Source: Podospora anserina (lineage: Eukaryota). From it: 64,000 nt of DNA. Positions 47,402-57,926 of this stretch are shown piece after piece. Made by a program: the position numbers and the translations under genes. How positions within the stretch are numbered: position 1 is the first letter of the stretch; each line of letters opens with the position of its first letter. The notes beneath the pieces are model-generated. The model ran no database searches. It was given only the letters and a program-made list of their open reading frames with translations, and was not told the DNA's origin. The DNA lies in assembly GCA_017654855.1 (NCBI GenBank), contig CM030335.1, positions 3,658,001 to 3,722,000 of the forward strand, written 5' to 3'.

Positions 47402-49827
47402 ATGACCACGATAACTGTTGCACTGGCACCGGTGGTTGAGCAGGAGCAGCACTCTGGGCTAGAAGAGCCCTGTGAAGAGGAAAAGCAACGACAGGAAGAA
47501 GACTTTTATGAGGTGAACGAGGCTAATAAGCAGGAAAACCCCAATTAGAAAGAGGGGCCCTGTGATGAAGAGTCGTGTGAAGAGGAAGACCCAGAGAAGA
47601 AACAGAGAGAAAAGAGGGGACAGAGGGAAAAGAAGAGACAGGAGCCTGACTGGGGTCCCGTATTCGACCGTCGATATTACGGTTTATCAACACTATTTCA
47701 ACACCCAACCGACGAACCTTCTGGCCTCTTGCCTGCACAGACAACCTTTCAATACAAACCTTTGGACCCATCCAAACAAGAATTCAGATGGATCTCTCTC
47801 CTACCGGCCGAGTTCGAAGACGACATCGTCATCTCGATAGTACACGAGGAGTTTGCTATTGCGCCTGAGGTAGATTACATCGCGTTATCCTACGTCTGGG
47901 GCTCTCAGGATAACCCACAGCCTGTCTTCGTCCAAGACTGCTGGGCACCAAACTATGAAGAGGTTGACCCTAACCACAACATCATCATGGTGACGCAAAA
48001 TCTCGAGATCGCACTCCGGCACCTCAGGGACACAGAGGAATGGATATCCATGTGGATTGACGCCATATGCATTGACCAGCAAAATGTAGCGGAACGTAGC
48101 CATCAAGTGGCGCTTATGGGTGAAATCTACCGCAAAGCCGCCAAGACATATGTATGGGTTGGTCCATTCGCAGATGACAGCGACGAGGCGATGGAATGGG
48201 TCGACCTGATCGGTGGTAGCATAAATGTCGATTGGGGCGATGAGATGATGAAGACCACGGACTTGTTGGAGAAGACAAAGTACGCGCCCATGGCAGATGC
48301 ATCGGTACCCTATGAATTCGAATGGCCCTGGCCGTTATTGAACCTGTGTCACTTCACCAACAGGGAGTACTTCACAAGGCTATGGGTACGGCAGGAAGTG
48401 AAACTGTCACAGAACAAAGTGCTTGTCTGCGGGTTTAAGCAGCTCGATTGGCACTTTTTCGCGACTTTTGCCCGCTGGATGGCAGTGAAACCCTACACCT
48501 GCGTGGATAAATATGGAGTATGGACCCAGGAGATGGAAAAGAAGTATAAGGCGGGCAGCGAGTTGGTCTCTAACATTTGTGCGAAATTGTATGATGGTGC
48601 CTTCTTGTCCTTTGACCGGCTTCGGTTCGATAACAGCAAGCTGAACTGGAAAGATCCCAGGGACGCTATCTACGCCAACCTGGGCCTGCTCCCACCCGAG
48701 TACCGCCAGTTGGGAATCAAGCCGGACTACGACAAAAACCCGGCGGCTATCTTCACCGATGTTGCGGTTCGTGTAGCCACCAAGCTTCGGAGTCTGGGGT
48801 TCCTCGAATCCTATGATCGCTCTGCCATTGAATTGGACGGCCTCCCTAGCTGGGTCCCTGACTGGTCATCGCCCATGAGGATGGCGGCGAATTCAGAAAA
48901 TATCTGGAGCGCCTCTGCTTGGATATCGGCCCAGGTCGAATACGTGGGCGATGGCGTGTTGACGGCCAACGGTGTACCAATCTCAGAAGTTCAAAGGGTT
49001 GACCGCTGGGAGGATGAAAGATCTTACGATGGCCAGCCCTACATGGTATTCGACTGCATCCGGTCCTGGTGCAAGCATGTACCTGACAACTATGATGAAC
49101 GAGAATGGTTCTTGCCAGGCACCGGTCTGACGTGGTTGGAGGCCTGGTGTAGGCTTTTCCTGTATGGCAATCTCAGCGAAGTTTTCGAGGCTGGGCAAGA
49201 GACAATGGTTCACAGACCTGACTTCTTCTCGTTACAAGAAGCCAAAGAACTCATGCTCATCATTTGGAAAGCACGGTCCTTCCACGAGATATGGTGTCTC
49301 TATGATCCGACATGGCAACGCATGGAGAGGTTCCTGTCCAAGATTGGCGACAGGATGAAAGGCAGATCTGTTTTTCGGACAGTAGATCGGGATATTGGAG
49401 TAGCATCTTCCTCGGTAAAGGCTGGCGATATGGTATGTATGCTTTTGGTTGTCAGGTGCCGGTTGTTTTGACACCTAAAGAAAGGGATGGTTCATCTCCC
49501 GACGAGCAAAATCAGTGGCAGGTATCAGGAAGCTGCTTCGTTGTTGGGTTGATGGATGGCGAAGCTATCACAGGAGCATTGCCAGAACACTACCGAACTG
49601 TCGACTGGAGATATCGCAAGGACGTGCTTCCCGAAAATAAAATCAATAAGTTTCGTTCTGGTCTGCGTAATGACGAATACAGAACACTGGAAACCGATCC
49701 GTCACAAGTTTTAGAGGAATGCGGTATCCCCTGTATTAGATACGAAAGGGAACCACACCTGCTCGAGGTCTCACCAGATGCGTTGCGGGATGTAGGGATA
49801 AATCTGCAGCAATTTACGCTCGTTTAA
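47402..49827 (+). pseudogene. HET-domain (HET-6-like) heterokaryon incompatibility protein with premature TAG and late frameshift
   Basis: 'YIALSYVWGS', 'VTQNLEIALRHLR', 'WIDAICIDQQNVAERSHQVALMGEIY', 'YFTRLWVRQE', 'DPRDAIYA', 'LPSWVPDWS'. In-frame ATG at 47402, TAG at 47546, and a 1-nt frameshift at ~49448 (LL-GCQVPVVL). Confidence 0.85.
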
Positions 49828-50085
49828 GGAGCCAGGTACCTTCGATCTGATCTTAACAACAATGGAACCGATGCGAATAAGCTTTTAGTTGTTATTGATG
49901 AACTATGTGGTATGTTAAGCAACATACCTTGCCTTAGTCAGAACGTCTAAATTAAAAATGGGCGAGGTATCGAAAACAACGCGCACAAATGGGTCTCATA
50001 ATGCCCCTCTATCTCATCTCATCCTACGAACACTGGGGACGTTGGTATGAATGCCCCCAAACCGCCCCGGTCTCCTATCCAAAAC

Positions 50086-52060
50086 CTATATCCCGCAACT
50101 CGTCACCTGCAACCTCACGTCAACATAGCATCTATTCATCACCGAGCATTGCCTTCCTGCTCCAACTACGAACACTCCCCCGGCTCCAATCACAAACTCC
50201 TCGCCGCCCTCCTCGCTGCTTTCCCCTTCTTTAAACAGCACCTTCAATTTCCCAGCCGCAAGCATGCACACCCGAGTCTTGGTTTTGTCTGCGGCAAAGA
50301 CATGGCTCGTGCCGGAAGCAATATTCAAGACCTGAATCGACAAGTTCTCATGTCCCGGAATAGCAGCCTGCTTCGAGAGGTACGAGCTGGAAAAAGTGTG
50401 TTGAGCATGCAGGCCGCCGACCTCCCATTCTTCCATTTCAAGGTCGCTTTGAGGTATGGGCCTGGCACCGGGTATCACGATGGCGGAACTTTCTGCTTGC
50501 TGTTGCTGTGGGATCCTCAAGATTACAAGGCGGGAGCGCTTGGCCGCAGGTCCTTCCAGGTATGAATCCTCTTCCTCTTCTGTATCATCTCGGATTCTTT
50601 TGCCCTGGCCAACATCATCTTCAGGGATGTCTTCCATGCCGCCATTTTCGCTTGAATCGGACTGTCGCCCGGGCTGTTGTCGTCGAGCAGGTTCGGCATG
50701 CGACGGGACATTGAGTACCTCTTGACCATCGTCGTCCACGGGCACCCACACGCATGTTTTGAAGTACGGGTAAGGCGGGACCTTGCGAAGGCTCATTTCT
50801 TCGGGTTTGTTCCAGCAGCCGCGGGATACAACATACGGGGCCTCCAGCGTGTTGCCCTTCACCCCCACTCAATAACAGAAAACGTCACGTCGAGGTTATC
50901 GTTCAGCCCGATGCCACGGTGGATGCGGATTGGAAAACGCCGACCGAGGTCATGGCATGCTTTGAAAGGATAGCGGCAGGACTGAATGGGGCAGATCCAT
51001 GGCCGGTCGGCAACCGCGCTGTCGAGTTGGTACCCCGTTGGAAGTAAGGCACCATTTATATGGACGAGTTGTCCGTTGTTGTCTGGCCACATGGTATAGG
51101 GCCGGTTATCCTCGGTTGTCGTCAGACCTTCAGCGGGAACGGCAGGAGCCGCAAGAGGTGTTACAGCTGTCTGTGAACGAGTAGAGGCGCGAGTTGAAGA
51201 TGGGGGAGAGGATAGGCTGTCCAGCGTGGACTCCTCTTCATCACGGGGAGCTAGCAAGCCCTGCCTCTGTATCAACTTTTTCGCGACACGGTCTCTGGCC
51301 CTCTGCACGCTCAGCTCAACATGGGGTTGTCGGCGAGGCTGATGGGTTTCTTGGATACTAAAAGGGGTGGTTTCGCGTACCCGCCGTGAAGGATCTCGTC
51401 GCCTTTTGTAGCACTGTCATATTTGCCAAGCTCGGAAAGGGTTCCGTCCATATTGTCATTGAGACGAGATGCGCGGTGTGATATCTGGGTAGTTGGCATG
51501 GTTAGCCAGGGCCGACATGATTTCCAGTATCAGCCGCAAAGCCTACATTAAAATGCTTCCCTAGGCCAAAAAGAGCGTCAAATAGCTCTCTACAAGAGCG
51601 AATGGGACAAATCCAGGGGAACTCGGGATGGTTAAACTGCTGGTAGCCCGGAGGAAGCATGCAACCTTTGGTACCCACAGTCGCACCATTTTTACCTAGT
51701 ATATGATTGTTAGCGAGGAATGCAGTACGGAGGTTTTAGGGCTGAAGGGTAGCTCTCGCTGTTGAGAGCGGTATCAAACTCTCGTTGAATTTCTGGCGGA
51801 GGGACGTTGGACAACCTCTTGGACGCCTTCTTGTCGCCCACGTGGATCGTTTCTTCAAGGTGCATGATCGAGGGCTCTTCACTGACGGGTGGCTGTGGGG
51901 TGGGGGTGGCATCAGAGTGTCGAGTCTCACTTTCGACAACTGGTGTGCGAGATGGAGGGGGGAAAAGCCCGCTGACTCCTGTTCGCCTCATCATGAAGGG
52001 TTTTCTCGGTGCCGGTGCAGGCGCCTCCTGAGACACAGCGCCACCTTTAGGCACTTCCAT
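50086..52060 (-). pseudogene. Protein with two 'WICPIxSC...LG.HF...H...LNDN.DGT.S' zinc-finger-like repeats and a C-terminal cupin-like domain, frameshifted
   Basis: Repeat 1 at ~51440-51650 (split by intron ~51486-51546), repeat 2 in ORF 50859..51308; C-terminal 'RVCMLAAGKLKV...EFVIGAGGVFVV...CSVMNR'; frameshifts at ~51318 and ~50868; start uncertain. Confidence 0.65.
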
Positions 52061-52606
52061 GGTTGGATCAGCTGGGTGGGGAAATTTGTTGTAACGAACA
52101 AAGCCACCTTGATGCTATTGGGATTAAAAAAAACTCGAAGAAAAGGCCGACTTTTACCTTGGGCCCTTAACGATGTGGAGGTGTTCGTTTAACAATTTGA
52201 GCAAACAGATTTCGACGTGTCGAGGTCGCGTTTGTCAGGGAATTGGCACGTTGTAGGAACTCACCGCCGTGGAAGCAGTGGGTCGCTGGTCCATGTGGTC
52301 CATGCTGGGGCAGATCTCGCCAAACCTTACTTGACCTCACCTCAACCTCCATCATGACTAAAGATGGCGACTATGCCTTGCCTGCAAGAGCATGAATGAA
52401 AATCTTGAACGAAACCACTGCCCTAGTGTGCCTTGTTAACAGACTTGGCTGCGCTGGGTGTAGGAGGCAAAGCCCCAGCCTCAATATAAATCCATCTGGC
52501 CAAATGCTGCCCTGAGTATATATCTCGGCTGGATCTCACAACTTAAACCATGGGCATTTCTCGCATCACATCTTCTTCGGGTGCAACGAACGTCGGATAT
52601 CTTAGC

Positions 52607-53101
52607 ATGGCAACCCCATCACAAGCTCAGCTCATACAAGCCCCATCACGCCCATCCGTGACAGGCAAGAAAACCGTCTTTTTGGCCGGCACAACCACTC
52701 GAACTAATGGGCCAGAGTGGCGAGGCACACTGTTCCAGTCCATCGCACACCTCCCCATTACCGTGTTCAACCCCCTTCGACCGGACTGGGACAGCTCATG
52801 GAAGGAAGACATCGACTTTGCGCCCTTCCGAGAACAGGTGGAATGGGAGTTTGACAGGTTGAACCAGGCCGATCTGGTGGTGGTGTATTTTGGGCCCCAG
52901 ACAGACGCGCCCATCAGCCTGTTGGAGTTTGGGCTTTTTGCAAGGTCAGGCAAGTTGATTGTGTGCTGCCACAAGGATTACAGGAAGCGAGGGAATATCG
53001 AGATTGTGTCGCAGAAGTTGGGTCTAAAGGTTTTGGATGCAGTTGATGGTGATCTTGTTGATGAGGTGACGCGAAAGCTGCAAGAGATGTTACAAATATG
53101 A
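52607..53101 (+). CDS. Nucleoside 2-deoxyribosyltransferase-like protein
   Basis: 'VFLAGT', 'VFNPLRPDWDSSW', 'QVEWE', 'APISLLEFGL', 'YRKRGNIEIV'; intronless; alternative upstream in-frame ATG at 52550. Confidence 0.88.
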   Translation: MATPSQAQLIQAPSRPSVTGKKTVFLAGTTTRTNGPEWRGTLFQSIAHLPITVFNPLRPDWDSSWKEDIDFAPFREQVEWEFDRLNQADLVVVYFGPQTDAPISLLEFGLFARSGKLIVCCHKDYRKRGNIEIVSQKLGLKVLDAVDGDLVDEVTRKLQEMLQI

Positions 53102-53456
53102 GAGAGCAGTACAAGAGGCAAATCCTTGTGTTTAAACTTCCTTCCTTCTGTTAATATGCCCTCAGTACTGCAAGTAGTAAACAATGTGTCATGTCCTGCG
53201 TTCTCAGTGCCCGGGCAGGGTGTGGCTGGTGTGAGCTTGCCAGCTGAGTAGCTGCGCCACATTGTGGTGGGGAACAATCCAATGGCAGGTGCCCCGCCAA
53301 AGCGGTTTGAGATGTCGCAACACCACGGCTTTGACTCATCTTCAACCGGCCACGGTGACCTTTATTTCTATTCTACATCCAGACACTTGCGACGCAGCTA
53401 GACTGATTTGACCCCTTAGAGGTCATTCCAGAAACTGCAACTCTCCCAGGTCCTGC

Positions 53457-56101
53457 ATGCGCTCCATCGCCGGCACACGACCATTTTTTTCTTCATTGAA
53501 GAAGTTGACGCCAATCGCCAGGCAACCCCCGAGGTACTTCCGATTTTATTCACAGTCAAGGATGGCGTCTATCACAGTCCACAACTCTCTAAAGCCCGGT
53601 CCGCCGGTGCCCTTCGTACCCAAGACCGACGGCAAAATCTCGTGGTATGCTTGCGGGCCAACAACCTACGACCTCAGTCACTTGGGCCATGCCCGAAACT
53701 ATCTATCCAACGGTATAGTTTGTTGCAAACATTTACCTTTATTAGCTTCGGAATCTAATCAAAATCTCAGACATCATTCGCCGTATATTCCAGGACTACT
53801 TCGGCTACGAAGTCAACTTTGTGATGAACTATACTGATGTCGACGACAAGATCATCATCAAAGGTACACTTGACCGTTATCCTTGTGTTTGAAACTAGAG
53901 CCTAATTTATCGATTTAGCCAGGAGACAGCGCTTGCTTGACTTGGAAAAGGAGAAGTCGTATACCCCCGAGCAGCTCCGAGAACTCGTCTCCAAGGCCTT
54001 CCAAGCGTATGCTCAAAGCAATCTTCCCCTCTTGGTAACCCAGGGTCAACCAGAGTTGGATGAGAACAACTACCAGGCGCGTAAAGATGCCGCGTACGGT
54101 CAGGTTCTTGCAGGAGGGACCCTCAGTGGAGAGGGTAGGCCAGGGGACGCCGAGGCCAAGATCAAGATGCACCTGAACAACATGGACTCGGCAGCCAAGT
54201 CCCTCCAGACTTCCTCTGGCTTTGACGGTGCTGAAGATATTCTGCTTCCCTATCTCGATTCTCTGTACAAAGAGACGATCGACACCAGCGATCAGACCAT
54301 CTTCACTGACCTCACTCAGAGGATGGAAAAGGCCTTCAACGATGACATGGCAGCCTTGAATGTTCTGGAGCCTACCGCCGTCACGAGGGTGACTGAGTAT
54401 GTGCCCCAGATTGTGTCCTTTGTCGAGCAAATCATTCAGAAGGGGTTTGCATATGAGGCCGACGGCTCAGTCTACTTTGATATTGGTGCCTTTGAGAAGG
54501 CTGGGAATACCTACGCAAGACTGCGCCCGGAGAGCAGAAACGACAAGGCCCTGCAGGAGGAAGGAGAGGGCTCTCTGTCCAAGAGTTCAGGCGGCCAGAA
54601 AAAACGCGACGCCGATTTTGCACTGTGGAAGCGGAGCAAGCCCGGTGAGCCATACTGGCCCAGCCCCTGGGGTCAGGGGAGACCTGGCTGGCACATTGAA
54701 TGCTCCGTGATGGCCTCTGATAAGCTCGGCGACAACATGGATATCCATTCGGGTGGCATTGATCTTGCCTTCCCTCACCATGACAACGAGCTGGCTCAGA
54801 GCGAGGCCTTTTTCCACCAGTGCGGCAAGGGCGAGCACACATGGGTCAACTACTTTTTGCATATGGGTCACCTTTCAATTGCCGGCAGCAAGATGAGCAA
54901 AAGCTTGAAGAACTTTCAAACAATCCAAGACGCGCTGGCTACCACATACACAGCGCGAAACATGCGCATCGTCTTTTTGATGGGCCGATGGAACGATGGT
55001 GTGGAGATCTCGGGAGATATGCGCAAGCAGGCCGATAACTGGGAGAATACTGTCGACAACTTCTTCACCAATATCAAGGCCAAGCTTGCCGAGGTTGATG
55101 CGCCAACCGATGGTGTCAAGTACCTGTCTCTCACAGGCGCCGGAAACAGTCTCATTGAGGACCTTGAGCAAGCGAAGAAGGACCTCGATGCGGCACTTCG
55201 CAATTCCTTCGACACTCCTGGTGCCATGCAAGTGATCCTGCGCCTGGTCCGCAACGCCAACATCTACATGAACGACAAGGCAAAGTCATCCAATCTTCAG
55301 CCTGTCGAGGCGGTGGCCCGCTGGGTGACAAAGATCGTAGGTATCTTTGGCCTGGACGCTACCGCAAAGCCACCTTACGATGGCCTCGGCTGGGGGTCAT
55401 CTTCTGCTACCGCTGCGGCTGACGTCGACCCCCAAACAGCGATCAAGCCCTACGCTGCTGCGTACGAGAAGGTTAAAGCCGATGTTCAATCGCTTCACCT
55501 CTCTGCCTCTTCGATTCAATCTGCTCTCGAGCACTCCCCAGACGCCGAGTTTGCCGAAGTAGAGAAGAGTGGCGAGAAGGACGTGGAGAAGCTGGCGTTG
55601 CCATATCTTCGTGCCACTTCCCGTCTCCGCGATGAGCTACGGGCCGTCGTCCCAACCCTTGCTTCAGAGCCTCAAATCAAGCAGGCTGTTCTCGCCCTCA
55701 GTGACCGTATCCGCGACTATGACTTGACCGACCTTGGCGTACAGCTCGATGATCAAACCGATAAGCCGAGTCTCATCAAGTTTGTGCCTGCTGCCAAACT
55801 TATCGCTGCGAGAGAGGAGAAAGCGTCCCAGCTTGCTGAGAAGGCTAAGCAAAAGGAGGAGGCCCGGAAGGCTAGAGAGAAGGCCGAGGAGGAGAAGTGG
55901 GCCAAGGCCAAGGTGGCCCCGCAAGACATGTTCAAGGACGACCCCAAATATACCGAGTGGGATGCTGACGGTCTGCCGACAAAGCTGGCCGAGGGGGGTG
56001 AGCCAGTGCCCAAGAGCCAGGCCAAAAAGTTGAAGAAGGACTGGGACAGGCAGAAGAAACTGCACGAAGAGTATCTTGCCAAGTTTGGAGGCAAGGCGTG
56101 A
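53457..56101 (+). CDS. CRS1: Cysteinyl-tRNA synthetase
   Basis: '[20 protein letters not shown]' (HIGH-like), '[10 protein letters not shown]', 'DFALWK', '[10 protein letters not shown]', '[20 protein letters not shown]', 'KMSKS'; introns ~53713-53770 and ~53864-53918. Confidence 0.97.
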
Positions 56102-56355
56102 GTCAGCTATCAGCTGCAGTTAGACGACGGGGTATCTTGCCTACTTTTCGGGGTGAAATAGAAAACTCATGTTGTCGCTGTTAGCTGCCTTGAAATAGTG
56201 AATCGAGCCGACGCACAATCGAAATCAAAGTTGGAATACAAACTCGCCCCTAAGCCCTGAACGCCGCGCATGCTCTAAAGGAACCCAAACCCAGCCGTCT
56301 ATCTCTCCTCGCCAAGTCTTATGTACACTGCTATATCAACGACGATAACCCGCAA

Positions 56356-57926
56356 CTACATGATTAACCCCACCACCAAAGCTCCCACGACAGCTTTCCA
56401 TACATCGATTTTGAGAGAATAAGCCTTGGACTGTCCGGTTGGGTTGATCCCCAGCGGGCCCGTCCCGCTCACCCTTGTGGCCACTGGGCCGGGCCCAATA
56501 TCGATACCTGTGGGTCCCACACCGGTGAAGGTCGCCGTAGGGCCCCGTTCAGCAGTGACATCCAGATTATTGTTCCCAGACGTCGGTCTTGGAGGCGGTG
56601 CCGTGCACCGGCCTGTCGCACTGGGCACAGCATCTGGCCCCGTGCTGATGGCAATGATGTTGCTTCCACAATTCGCCGCCTGAGCCAGGTGCAAGTTTCT
56701 GTTGTCTTGATCAAACACCACGTAGGCCGCTCGCAGGAAGGTGTCTCCCAGCACCGGCTCCCCGTCGTCATCTGGGAGCACGCCCAGCACGCAGTACCCC
56801 TGAACGTGCCAGATGAAATCGTTGAAGGGCACGTTGATCACTTTATCCCCAAAGTAAAAGTCAATGGAGCCTTCCAGATCAGCAACATTGCAGTCGAGGA
56901 AATAGAAACCGGTTGAGGGGTCGTATTGGGTGTCTGCGAAGCTGGAGGCGAAGGCTTGGTAGATTCGTCGGGGAAGTCGGCTGAGTGTTCCGCCCGAATC
57001 GAGGAAAACAGGGACTTCAAGCTCTTGTGATCTTTCGACTAGACCGTCGGGGTATGTTAGTCCCACACCGCTCATGGTGACATAGTATCTGTCCGCTCCC
57101 CTTGGAGTTTGGTTCTGAGGCAGCATAGGGAGCTTGGCTAGAGATCCGATGTATTTTCCAGTGTCCACGCCGCCAAAGATGAGCGCTCCCTCGGGGGAGT
57201 CGACGGTTCTAAGATCCATGCTGAAGGCTCGCGAGTTGATCAACTTTTGGTCTTTCATCGTGTCGAGAATGTAAGGATACTCGTTGAATCCTCGAATAGG
57301 GGGTGAGAGGCCAAGGATTCCCAGGGGGATGTCGTGGGACTCGAGGGCTACGCCGATGACCTGGTTTCTAACCGTGGCCCCTGTCATGTGGAAGATCAAC
57401 ATAAGTCACAGCTCGGACGAGAGCATGGCGTTCCAGCAAGAGATTCAGACGCACCTCCAATTTTGACACTCTCTCTAACATATTGTATTGTCGCATTCCC
57501 TTTCCCATACACGAGGATGTCGGTCACGCGCGTTGCGTTCAGACTTGAGCTCTTCCTCCAGTCGTAGACCGGGAACGATCGACAGTCGTCAGGCACATTG
57601 GCAGTGTCACATGTTGGGTTCACCCAAGTGTCTGGCGAGCCAGTATCCAGGATCAGCGTCAGTTTTTGCCCGGGTGTCCCGACCTCTATGTCGACGCCGT
57701 AGCGGGTTCCGGTGAACTGGTTTTCAATGGTAACTTCATTTTGTCGGCCTCGGATCAGTTTTGGTGGCGCTGGGTTGGGCAGCACATTAAGCGGGGAGCG
57801 GAAGAATCCTTCGCCGCGTGTTACGAGCGAAGGGTTTTGCTGTCTGGAGCTGTCCGGCGGTGCGGAGAAATCATGTGCGGAGGCAAGGACAGGGGCGGCA
57901 CTGAGGAGGAATCGAAGGGGTATCAT
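56356..57926 (-). CDS. Secreted, probably GPI-anchored A1 aspartic protease (yapsin-like)
   Basis: Signal peptide; catalytic 'LDTGS' and 'LDSGG'; 'VLGDTFLRAAYVVFD'; T/G/P-rich tail and hydrophobic end; intron ~57380-57453. Confidence 0.92.
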
